Assembly: GCA_948852945.1 (NCBI GenBank)
Contig: CAQPBJ010000002.1
Span: 4,265 to 68,264 of the forward strand
Direction of reading: 5' to 3'
Length of the DNA: 64,000 nt
Source of the DNA: an uncultured Clostridia bacterium
Lineage (GTDB): Bacteria > Bacillota > Clostridia > TANB77 > CAG-508
The position numbers and the translations under genes are program-made. The notes beneath the pieces are model-generated. The model did no database searches. It had not been told where the DNA came from and was given only the letters and a program-made list of their open reading frames with translations. This document shows positions 29,227 through 38,900 of this stretch, one piece after another; position 1 is the stretch's first letter; each line of letters starts with the position of its first letter.

Positions 29227-30330
29227 CTATTCTATAAAAATAGCTTTTTGACGTCTAGCACTAACATTAAGAACAAGTCCAATGCAAATAAAATTAGTAA
29301 GAAGTGAACTACCTCCATAACTAACAAAAGGTAAAGGCACACCAGTAATAGGTAACAGTCCCATAGTCATACCAATATTTTCAAGCATATGGAAACACAA
29401 AATTCCAGCAATACCAATTGTAATATATGAACCAATATTATCTTTAGCTGTTTTAGCAATATACACAATTCTCGTAATCAAAATAACGTAAGTAATAATA
29501 AGCATACCAGCAAAAACAAAACCCATTTCCTCACCAATAGCAGAAAAAATAAAATCTGTAGTTTTAGGATGCAAGTAACCTAATTGAGTTTGATTTCCTT
29601 GAAGAACTCCCATACCTAAAATCTGACCTGCGCCAATAGCAAGTTTAGATTGAATTATATTATATCCCGCGCCACGAGGATCACTTTCTGGATGCAAATA
29701 TACTTCAATTCTAGAAAGAGCATGTGGTGGTAAATTCATATAAATTACTGGAACTAAAATTGCAACTATAGCAATAGCTGCTACAATATATTTTTTATTA
29801 ATTCCTGAAACAAACAAAATAAAAATCGTTGCAAAAATATAGCTACTAGCAGTTCCAAAATCTGGTTCAGCTGCAATTAATAATATTGGAACACCTGCAA
29901 TCAAAAGTACTGCTAACAATTTATAAAACTTATTAATCTCTTTTCTATTTTTTGCCTGTAATAAATTAAGTGCATACGCCATAAATAAAATTGTAGCAAT
30001 CTTTCCCAACTCCGAAGGTTGGAAAGAAAAACCTCCTATATTAAACCAGCTACTAGCACCATTAATTGCCTCAGTAAATAAAACTAGTATAAGCAAAAAT
30101 ATGCATGCTCCATAAAAAGCAGGAGCTATTTTTAAAATTTTATCATAATCTATGACAAAAGCCAAAATAAAAAATGGAATACTAATCACAAGCCATTGCA
30201 CTTGTTTAAAAAATTCTTCATGATCAGAATTCTGACTAGTAGAAAAGAGTGCTACCATTCCAATTCCTAAGAGAATTAGTATACAAATTAGCACTCCCCA
30301 ATCTAAATTTTTAAATAATTTTTTTCTCAT
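29227..30330 (-). CDS. rodA: FtsW/RodA/SpoVE-family peptidoglycan glycosyltransferase (RodA-like, downstream of minE)
   Basis: 367 aa polytopic membrane protein with family motifs (GASSWF, EPDFGT, a C-terminal region such as PFVSYGGSSL). Gene order minD-minE-rodA. Confidence 0.8.
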   Translation of the reverse strand: MRKKLFKNLDWGVLICILILLGIGMVALFSTSQNSDHEEFFKQVQWLVISIPFFILAFVIDYDKILKIAPAFYGACIFLLILVLFTEAINGASSWFNIGGFSFQPSELGKIATILFMAYALNLLQAKNRKEINKFYKLLAVLLIAGVPILLIAAEPDFGTASSYIFATIFILFVSGINKKYIVAAIAIVAILVPVIYMNLPPHALSRIEVYLHPESDPRGAGYNIIQSKLAIGAGQILGMGVLQGNQTQLGYLHPKTTDFIFSAIGEEMGFVFAGMLIITYVILITRIVYIAKTAKDNIGSYITIGIAGILCFHMLENIGMTMGLLPITGVPLPFVSYGGSSLLTNFICIGLVLNVSARRQKAIFIE

Positions 30331-30357
30331 TTAAACCTCATTATCAGTAATATATAT

Positions 30358-30900
30358 TTATTTGTTCTCTTCTAATTTTTCCTCGTCTTCAATATCTTCT
30401 TCATTGTCAGCTTCATCATCTTCAGAGTCACTGGTAGGTTCTAATTTCTCTTCTGTATCTACATCTTCACTTTCTGGTTCATCTTCATTTTCAATTGACT
30501 CACCATCTGTTTCTACTGGCTCGTCTTCAACTTCGTTATCTTTATTTTCTTCTACTTTTTCTAGAATATCCTCTTGTTTTATCATTTTTTCAGCTTTAAG
30601 ATCATTTTTAATATTGACAATTGGAATATTAGCATATAAAGCTGGAGCTCCAGTAGTTCCATCTTCATTAGCTTTATTAGTTAATCTAACATCTATCTCT
30701 TTTTCATCAACTTCTATATATTTTTTAATAACATCTATAATTTCTTGTTTCATTAAATCTAAAAAATCAGCAGATACATTAGCTCTATCTTGCATCAAAA
30801 CTAAATGTAATCTTTCTTTAGCTGTATCTTTAGAACTTTCATCTGCAGTTGGTCCTTGTTTTAAAACCCTCTTAAAGAAAGTTGTTAATCCTTCAAACAT
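30358..30900 (-). CDS. minE: Cell division topological specificity factor MinE with a long acidic C-terminal extension
   Basis: The N-terminal ~100 aa match MinE (FFKRVLKQG...AKERLHLVLMQDR...LMKQEIIDVIKKYIEVD...IDVRL). Residues ~100-180 form a low-complexity D/E-rich tail. Lies directly downstream of minD. Confidence 0.8.
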   Translation of the reverse strand: MFEGLTTFFKRVLKQGPTADESSKDTAKERLHLVLMQDRANVSADFLDLMKQEIIDVIKKYIEVDEKEIDVRLTNKANEDGTTGAPALYANIPIVNIKNDLKAEKMIKQEDILEKVEENKDNEVEDEPVETDGESIENEDEPESEDVDTEEKLEPTSDSEDDEADNEEDIEDEEKLEENK

Positions 30901-30917
30901 TCTATTACCTCCAGTTT

Positions 30918-31724
30918 TTATTTTTTGCTAAATATTCTTTTAAACTTAGCAAAGAAACCAGTTTCTTTTCCTGGTACACTAACTTCTATATTTTCTCCTA
31001 AAATTCTTCTTGAAATTTCAATATATGCTTTTCCTGAAGGTGCTTTTTTATTTGAAATAACAGGTTCACCTTTATTAGTTTGAGTTATAATAAATTCATC
31101 ATCTGGAACAACACCAACAAGGTCAATTGATAATAAATCAACGATATCGTCAACATCCATCATTTCACCTTTTTTAACCATTCCAGGACGTAATCTATTA
31201 ACAATTAATTCTGGATTTTTAATATCAGAAGACTCTAATAATCCTATAATTCTGTCAGCATCTCTAATAGCTGATATTTCAGCAGTAGTAACAACAATAG
31301 CTCTATCAGCACCAACTATAGCATTTTTAAAGCCTTGTTCTATACCTGCTGGACAGTCTATTAAAATATAATCAAATTCTTCTTTTAATTTAGCAACTAA
31401 TTCTTTCATTTGCTCTTCATTAATTGCTGTTTTATCTCTTGTTTGTGCTGCTGGAAGTAAGAATAACTCTTTAAAACGTTTGTCTTTTATTAGAGCTTGT
31501 CTTACTTTACATTTTTCTTCTATAACATCTACTATATCGTAAACTATTCTATTTTCTAGCCCCATAACAACATCTAAATTTCTTAATCCAATATCTGTAT
31601 CTACTAAAGCAACTTTTTTACCTGCTAAAGCTAATGCAGAACCTAAATTAGCTGTAGTCGTAGTCTTTCCTACTCCACCTTTTCCAGATGTTATAACTAT
31701 AACTTCTCCCATAAAATCCTCCAT
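30918..31724 (-). CDS. minD: Septum site-determining ATPase MinD
   Basis: VIVITSGKGGVGKTTTTANLG (deviant Walker A), DTDIGLRNLD, and similarity to E. coli MinD along the full length. Confidence 0.95.
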   Translation of the reverse strand: MEDFMGEVIVITSGKGGVGKTTTTANLGSALALAGKKVALVDTDIGLRNLDVVMGLENRIVYDIVDVIEEKCKVRQALIKDKRFKELFLLPAAQTRDKTAINEEQMKELVAKLKEEFDYILIDCPAGIEQGFKNAIVGADRAIVVTTAEISAIRDADRIIGLLESSDIKNPELIVNRLRPGMVKKGEMMDVDDIVDLLSIDLVGVVPDDEFIITQTNKGEPVISNKKAPSGKAYIEISRRILGENIEVSVPGKETGFFAKFKRIFSKK

Positions 31725-32022
31725 TTCTTTTTTATTTTAATTTTAATTTCATGAGCAACTTTTATTCTTTCTCTCTTTTTTACTTTAATATCTTATATTT
31801 TTTTGAGTAAAAAGTCAATGAATATTGTAATATTTTTGTAATATTTTATTTTTCTCTTGCCCGTAATCATTTACCTATTTAGTAAACAAGTTTTTCTATC
31901 ATTTTTTACAAATTCTTTTCATAAAAATATAGATTGATTATTCCCATTTCTTCTTATATAATAAGAACACAAAATAAGAGCATAAAATAAACTTGTTACA
32001 ATATTTATTAAGGAGGAATTAT

Positions 32023-32682
32023 ATGCGTAGAAAGAAAAAAATGCTTTTAAATCTACTTAAAGTATTGGCTGTTGTAGGAATTGTACTTATAGTATACTTT
32101 GCTTTTTTTAAACCTAAAAAGAAAATTGATACTGTAGCTACAAATAAAACTTCAGAAAAAGCAATTGAATTAGTACCAGTAAATGAAGCTCCTAAAGAAA
32201 TTGATTTACCAGAAAATATACATTCAGCAGATGAAGACACATCTAATAAAACTTATACACCATCAACTGAAAATTCTGATAAATACTTAATTTCAATACT
32301 AGCAAATAACAAAGTCACATTATTAATAGGAAATGATTCAGAAAAAATAATAGATGAAAATTCACCAATACAAATAGGTGAAGAATATACAGTAAACGGT
32401 ATTGAATCTGAATTACAAGCAGCTTATTGTTTTAATGTAGACGGATATACTTATCCAATTCTTCTTCTACTTTCTCAAAATGGTATAGTAACATACGTAG
32501 ATACAGAAGAAGGATACAGCACAGGGCAATTTAACGTATCAGGCAGACTTACTGGAATTCCAGAAATTGAAAACATATATGAAACAACTGTAAAGGAAGA
32601 CAATAAATCATATGCTTCAGCAGTTTTAATTGGAAAAGATGGTCAAGGATACGAATTTAAATTAAGCATGATAGGAAAATAA
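32023..32682 (+). CDS. Hypothetical membrane-anchored protein
   Basis: ATG at 32023 with AGGAGG 7 nt upstream (the track's TTG start at 31993 is less likely). Basic N-terminus followed by a TM helix (LLNLLKVLAVVGIVLIVYFAFF). No family recognised. Confidence 0.55.
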   Translation: MRRKKKMLLNLLKVLAVVGIVLIVYFAFFKPKKKIDTVATNKTSEKAIELVPVNEAPKEIDLPENIHSADEDTSNKTYTPSTENSDKYLISILANNKVTLLIGNDSEKIIDENSPIQIGEEYTVNGIESELQAAYCFNVDGYTYPILLLLSQNGIVTYVDTEEGYSTGQFNVSGRLTGIPEIENIYETTVKEDNKSYASAVLIGKDGQGYEFKLSMIGK

Positions 32683-32713
32683 TTTCATTTTATAAATAAG
32701 GAGGAAAACTAAA

Positions 32714-33295
32714 ATGGAGAACTTAATTGAAATCAGATGGCATGGTAGAGGTGGTCAAGGTGCTAAAACAGCTTCTCTTTTACTTGCCGATGCAGCCTTC
32801 AACACTGGAAAATATATTCAAGGTTTCCCTGAATATGGACCAGAAAGAATGGGTGCACCAATCACAGCTTATAATAGAATAAGCAACACTCCAATAACAA
32901 TACATAGCAATATTTACGAACCAGATTATGTTGTTGTAGTTGATGATACTCTATTAGAAACTGTAGACGTTGCAGCAGGACTAAAATCAACAGGGGCAAT
33001 TGTAATCAACACTACAAAAGATAACGACTATTTAAAAAATGTCTTAAAAAATTACAATGGTGAAATTTACAAAATTGATGCAAGACAAATTTCTGTAGAT
33101 GCATTAGGTAAATACTTTCCTAATACACCTATGCTTGCAGCAATAGTAAAAGTAAGTAAAATTATGACTGACGAAGAATTTTTAAATGACATGATAGGAT
33201 CATTTAAACACAAATTCGCTAAAAAACCAGAAGTAATCGAAGGAAACATGAAAGCTTTAGAAATGGCTTTAAAGCAAATTGAAAAAGTAAATTAG
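32714..33295 (+). CDS. 2-oxoacid:ferredoxin oxidoreductase, gamma subunit (POR/VOR family)
   Basis: 193 aa. IRWHGRGGQGAKTASLLLA is typical of gamma subunits. First gene of a gamma-delta-alpha-beta operon. Confidence 0.8.
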   Translation: MENLIEIRWHGRGGQGAKTASLLLADAAFNTGKYIQGFPEYGPERMGAPITAYNRISNTPITIHSNIYEPDYVVVVDDTLLETVDVAAGLKSTGAIVINTTKDNDYLKNVLKNYNGEIYKIDARQISVDALGKYFPNTPMLAAIVKVSKIMTDEEFLNDMIGSFKHKFAKKPEVIEGNMKALEMALKQIEKVN

Positions 33296-33308
33296 AAGGA
33301 GGCCCAAT

Positions 33309-33608
33309 ATGTCAAAAACAGAAGAACAACTAAATTCAAAAACACCATACCAAGACCTAACAATTGGTGGAAACATATATACAGCAGGAAATGCCAAAGA
33401 ATTTAAAACTGGAGATTGGCGTAGTCAAAAACCTGTATGGATATCAGAAAAATGTAAACAATGTGGTCTATGCTGGCCAGTATGTCCAGATGACGCAATA
33501 CCAGTAACAAAAGATAAAAAAAGAACAGATTTCAATTATGATGCTTGTAAAGGATGCATGGTATGTGCAAAAGTATGTCCTTTCAAAGCAATAGAAAAGG
33601 AGGTTTAA
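33309..33608 (+). CDS. 2-oxoacid:ferredoxin oxidoreductase, delta subunit (2x[4Fe-4S] ferredoxin)
   Basis: 99 aa with two CxxCxxCxxxCP motifs (CKQCGLCWPVCP and CKGCMVCAKVCP). Confidence 0.85.
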   Translation: MSKTEEQLNSKTPYQDLTIGGNIYTAGNAKEFKTGDWRSQKPVWISEKCKQCGLCWPVCPDDAIPVTKDKKRTDFNYDACKGCMVCAKVCPFKAIEKEV

Positions 33609-33609
33609 T

Positions 33610-34791
33610 ATGGGAATTCGTGAAAGATTAAGTGGAAACGAAGCTGTAGCAACAGCTATGAAACAAATAAACCCAGACGTAGTAGCAGCCTTCCCTATCA
33701 CTCCATCAACAGAAATACCTCAATACTTCTCTACTTTCGTAAGTAACGGTCAAGTAGATACAAACTTCGTAGCTGTTGAAAGTGAACACAGTGCAATGAG
33801 CGCTTGTATAGGATCAGAATCAGCTGGAGCTAGAACAATGACAGCTACATCAGCAAACGGTTTATCATTAATGTGGGAAATGATTTATATAGCATCAAGT
33901 TTAAGATTACCAATAGTAATGTCACTTGTAAACAGAGCTGTATCAGGACCTTTAAATATTCATAACGACCATTCAGATGCAATGGGAGCTCGTGATAGTG
34001 GTTGGATACAACTATTCTCTGAAAACAATCAAGAAGCATATGATAATACAATAATGGCAAACAGAATTGCAGAACATAAAGACGTTCAATTACCTTTAAT
34101 GGTATGCCAAGATGGATTTATAACATCACACTCTATCGAAAATATAGAATTAATTGAAGATGACAAAGTTAAAAACTTTGTTGGAACATATAACCCAGAA
34201 CATTACTTATTGGATAAAGAAAATCCAATAGCTGTTGGACCATTAGACTTACAAGCTTACCTATTCGAACATAAAACTCAACAAGCAATAGCTATGAAAA
34301 ATGCTAAAAAAGTTATATTAGAAGTATCAGAAGAATTTGAAAAAATGACAGGAAGAAAATATGGACTATTTGAAGAATACAAATTAGATGATGCAGAATA
34401 TGTAATAATATGCATGAACTCAACTGCTGGAACAGCAAAAGCAACAGCAGATGAACTAAGAAATGAAGGAATTAAAGCTGGTGTACTTAAAGTTAGAGTA
34501 TTTAGACCATTCCCTGGTGAAGAAATCGCTAAAGCTGTATCAAAAGCTAAAGCAATAGCTGTATTAGACAAAGCTGATTCACTAAACGGACAAGGTGGAG
34601 CTCTTTATGAAGATGTTGTATCAGGAATGTACAACGAAAAATTAAGTATACCAACAGTAAACTACGTATATGGTATCGGTGGTAGAGATACTACAACAAA
34701 AGATATAAGAACAGTTTATAATGATTTAATGAAACTAGAAGACAAACCAGCAAACCCATATAGATATTTAGGATTAAGGGGGGATAAATAA
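33610..34791 (+). CDS. 2-oxoacid:ferredoxin oxidoreductase, alpha subunit
   Basis: 393 aa. GNEAVATAM...AAFPITPSTEI...VESEHSAMSACIGSESAGART. Overlaps the beta-subunit start. Confidence 0.85.
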   Translation: MGIRERLSGNEAVATAMKQINPDVVAAFPITPSTEIPQYFSTFVSNGQVDTNFVAVESEHSAMSACIGSESAGARTMTATSANGLSLMWEMIYIASSLRLPIVMSLVNRAVSGPLNIHNDHSDAMGARDSGWIQLFSENNQEAYDNTIMANRIAEHKDVQLPLMVCQDGFITSHSIENIELIEDDKVKNFVGTYNPEHYLLDKENPIAVGPLDLQAYLFEHKTQQAIAMKNAKKVILEVSEEFEKMTGRKYGLFEEYKLDDAEYVIICMNSTAGTAKATADELRNEGIKAGVLKVRVFRPFPGEEIAKAVSKAKAIAVLDKADSLNGQGGALYEDVVSGMYNEKLSIPTVNYVYGIGGRDTTTKDIRTVYNDLMKLEDKPANPYRYLGLRGDK

Positions 34792-35747
34792 TGGCATACA
34801 ATTTACAAGAAGTAATGGCAAATAAACCTTCAAGACTAACATCAGGACACAGAATGTGCGCAGGATGTGGAGCACCTGGTGTAGCTAGAATGATACTAAG
34901 AGCCTTAAAACCAGAAGACCATGCTGTAATAGCAAATGCTACAGGATGTATGGAGGTTTCTACATTTATATATCCATATACAGCTTGGACAGATTCATTT
35001 ATACATACAGCTTTTGAATGTGCTGGTGCTACTCTATCAGGGGCAGAAGCAGCATATCAATCAATGAAAAAACAAGGAAAATTACCACAAGATGTAGATA
35101 CAAAATTTATCGCATTTGGTGGTGACGGCGGAACTTATGATATAGGACTTCAAAGTTTATCAGGAGCAATGGAAAGAGGTCATGACATGGTATATGTATG
35201 TTATGACAACGGTGCATACATGAACACAGGTATACAGCGTTCATCTGCAACACCAAGATTTGCAGACACTACTACTTCTCCTGCTGGTTCAGTAGTTCCT
35301 GGAAAAATGCAAAACAGAAAAGATTTAACAAAAATCATGGCAGAACATCATTTACCATATGTTGCTCAAACATTAGCAATGATGAACTTCAAAGATTTAT
35401 ATGAAAAATCAGAAAAAGCTATATATACAGAAGGTCCAGCATTCTTAAATGTATTAGCTCCATGTCCACGTGGATGGGGATATAATACAGAAGATTTAAT
35501 GCAAATAAATAAATTAGCAGCAGACACATGTTATTGGCCTTTATATGAAGTTGTAGATGGTGTATATCATGTAACATACAAACCACCAAAGAAATTACCT
35601 ATCGAAGAATTTTTACGTCCTCAAAAACGTTTTAAACACATGTTTAAACCAGGTAACGAATGGATGATTGAAGAATTCCAAAAAGAAGTTGATAGACGTT
35701 GGCAAGAATTATTAGACTTAGAAGAAATGACAAATAAAGGTGAATAA
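34791..35747 (+). CDS. 2-oxoacid:ferredoxin oxidoreductase, beta subunit (TPP-binding)
   Basis: 318 aa. CAGCG, GDGG..DIG, and Cys ligands for the proximal cluster. Substrate specificity (pyruvate, ketoisovalerate or other) cannot be told from sequence alone. Confidence 0.85.
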   Translation: MAYNLQEVMANKPSRLTSGHRMCAGCGAPGVARMILRALKPEDHAVIANATGCMEVSTFIYPYTAWTDSFIHTAFECAGATLSGAEAAYQSMKKQGKLPQDVDTKFIAFGGDGGTYDIGLQSLSGAMERGHDMVYVCYDNGAYMNTGIQRSSATPRFADTTTSPAGSVVPGKMQNRKDLTKIMAEHHLPYVAQTLAMMNFKDLYEKSEKAIYTEGPAFLNVLAPCPRGWGYNTEDLMQINKLAADTCYWPLYEVVDGVYHVTYKPPKKLPIEEFLRPQKRFKHMFKPGNEWMIEEFQKEVDRRWQELLDLEEMTNKGE

Positions 35748-35757
35748 AATATATAAA

Positions 35758-35787
35758 AGCATCTCAAAAATGAGGTGCTTTTCTCTT
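35758..35787 (+). terminator. Intrinsic terminator after the oxidoreductase operon
   Basis: Stem agcatctca / tgaggtgct (one G·U) with loop aaaa, followed by tttctctt. Confidence 0.55.
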
Positions 35788-35835
35788 ATTGTGAGTCAAG
35801 TTATTTTTTGACAACCTCATTAACACATAAGTAAA

Positions 35836-35857
35836 GGCGGAGATTTTATTCTCCGCC
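35836..35857. terminator. Conserved GC-rich hairpin in the 3' flank of giant adhesin 2
   Basis: ggcggag-attttatt-ctccgcc, about 50 nt past the giant 2 stop. Homologous to the hairpins at 2571-2596 and 56166-56191. Confidence 0.5.
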
Positions 35858-35907
35858 TCTTATTTTACCTATAGCTTCATTTTAATAATTAATACAGTAC
35901 CCTATTT

Positions 35908-38900
35908 TTATTTTTTGCTATTCTCTTTTTTGATAATGAAAGTTACTGTTATTCCTAAGATTACAAATATAGCTAATATTGCAAGTTTTACAATAGTATT
36001 ATCATCTTCGCTACCAGTTTGAATTGAGATTACTAAATCTGCTTTATCCTCGTTATCATCTGTACTTATCTCTTCAAATCCTGCTTCGTTACTTACTTTT
36101 ACTATTTGTGCTATATTTTCTTTCATTCCTAAGTTGTTTTCTGATGGATTCCATCTCATTACAACTGTGTATGCTCTTTCTTGTCCTGCTTCTAAGTCGT
36201 CTACACTTAAGATTGCTGTATCTTCATGTACTACCCAATCTTTGTTATCAGCTTCGCTCATTGTCATTCCTGTTGGAATATTTTCAATTAACTCTGCTCC
36301 ACCTCTTAGTTCTCCTGTATTCATTACTTTTATTTCATATGTAACTACTACGTCTGCTGTTGCTACATTATTTTTGTTTAATTCTAATTTTCCTACATTT
36401 CCGTTGATTGATAGCACTTGACCATTATAAGAAATCTCTTTTACTACTTTGTCTACTTTTAAGTTAAACGCTTTTTTCTTGTAGTAGTAATCAACTCTTA
36501 TATCTTCTGCTATCATAGTTCCTTTACTGTTTGTTGGTATTTCTACTAAGTTATAATATTTAATTTCTTTTTGTACTGTTGTGTATTCATCTTTTTCATG
36601 TCCTTCTATGATTTCTTCTGCTGCTAATTTCTCTTTCGTATCTATATCATAGTAGTTTGTAATAACTTTAGCTGGTCTTATATAATAGTAAATAACTTCT
36701 GTAATATCATCAAACATTGTTCCTTCTTTGTTAGTTGGAACTTCTACTAATTCGTATCCTGGTATTTCTTTTTCTTCTGTAGTATATTTGTCACCTTTAT
36801 GTCCATCTATTACTTCTTTTGGCACAATTTCTTCTCCTGTTATTTTATCTACGTATTTTACTTCTACCTTAGCTTTTCTACTGTAGTAATATGTTACAAC
36901 AATTTCTTCTTCTGTCATTTTACCTGTAGCATTTTCTGGATATCTTTCTCTTACTAATTCATAAGATGGAATTACTTTTTCTTTTGTCTCATAGTCATCT
37001 CCTATATATCCCTCATATCTTGTTTCTTCTACTAGTGGCTCATTAGTTAATACATCTAAATGTCTTTCTACTACACCAGCTGATTGTTTTATGTAATAGT
37101 ATTTAACTACTATATCTTCTTTTGTCATTGTTCCATTAGAATTTTCAGGTACTTGAATTAATTTATATCCATCAAATTCTTTTTCTTCTGTAGTATAATA
37201 ATCACCTTCATGTCCTTCTTCTTCAGTATCTACAGTTATTTTCTCACCTGTTGCTTTATCAATATATTGTGTTGTAACTTTTGCTCTATGGATATAATAA
37301 TATGTTACTGTTATAGGGTCTACAGTCATTGTTCCTTCACTGTTTAGCGGTAATCTTTCTTCTACTAGGTCATATCCTGTAAATTCTTTAGATGGGATAT
37401 TATACTCATCTCCTTCGTTTCCTTCATGAGTTCCATTGTATAATATATCTCCACTAATTACGTCTATATGTTGTTCGATTACACCTGCTGAAATATGTAA
37501 ATAGTAGTATTTTAATACTATTTCTTCTTTTGTCATATTTACAGTTTTTTCTTCTGGTTCTTGTACTAATATATAGTTTTCAAATGTTTTTGTTTCTGTT
37601 ACAAATTCATCTCCAACTAGACCTTCATCAGTTCTTTCATCTAGTATCTCTCCTGTTGTTATATCAATATATTGAACTGTTGCTCTAGTATTCTTTAAGT
37701 AATAGTAGATTACTGTTAATGGCTCAACTTCAAGTTGTCCTGTAGTATTACCACTATTTTCAACTAAAGTATATCCTTCGATTTCTTTAGCGTCTGTTCT
37801 GTAGTTTTCACCTACTTTACCAGTTTGTTTTTCTGGTTTTGCAAGTTCGATATCTGTATCTTTTTCTAGATAGTAGATATTTAATACAGCATCTCTAACT
37901 GCATAATAGTAAGTAACTTCAATAACTTCTTCAGTCATTATACCTATTGCATTTGCAGGTGTTTCAACTAATGCATACTTAATTGGAACGTCTGTTGCAG
38001 CTTTTGTTGTATATTCAGAATCGATTAATCCTTCTATCTCAACATCTTCACTTAATTTATTAGTTGTTCCTTCTTCATAGTGGTGAACAATTACTTTTGT
38101 TGATTTTAGTTTGTAATAGTAAATTACAATTGTTTGTTCTTCTGTCATTGTTCCAGTTGCATTTACTGGAGCTTGAGCTAGTTCATATTTGCTTGGTAAG
38201 TTTTCTGCCACCGTTGTTTCATATTCATCTCCAACTTTACCTGTAACAGTTACATCTTCTGCAACTTTTGTTTCTGTTCCTTCTAAGTAGTGATGTACTA
38301 TTACTGAAGCATCTTTTAATTTATAATAATAAATTACAGTTATTTGTTCTTCTGTCATAGTTCCTATTTTATTTTCAGGTTCTTCCACTAATTCATATCT
38401 ACTTGGTATGTCATCTGCTACAGTTGTTTCATATTCATCATCTACACTTCCATCTATTATTACATCTTCTGATAATCTCTCTGTTGTTCCTTCAATATAA
38501 TGATGTACTACTACTTTAGCTTCTTTTAACTTGTAATAATATGTTACTACTATTTCATCTTCTGTCATTGTACCAGTCGCATTTTCAGGAATTTCAACTA
38601 ACTCATACTTACTTGGTATATCATCTGCTACTATTGTTTCATATTCATCATCTACTTTTCCTTCTATTATTACATCTTCTGATAATTTTTCTTCTGTTCC
38701 TTCTAAATAATGATGCACCACTACAGATGTAAGTTTCTTGAATGATACTACAACTTCCTTGTCCTCATCTACTTCTGTAAACTTATCTAACAATACAGTT
38801 CCATCTTCTTGTTCAACAAACCTTACTTCTTCACCATTGATAGTAACCTTATCAACACCATAACCATCACTAGGTGTAATTATTATATCTTTAGTTGAAT

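Noticed and set aside
30362-30931. 189-aa plus-strand ORF (Ser-rich) antisense to minE
   Set aside because: Mirror image of the acidic GA[AT]-rich tail of minE. MinE has clear homology and operon context; the antisense ORF has none.
31993-32022. TTG start proposed for the 229-aa ORF
   Set aside because: A strong AGGAGG RBS sits 7 nt before the ATG at 32023. The TTG start lacks an RBS.
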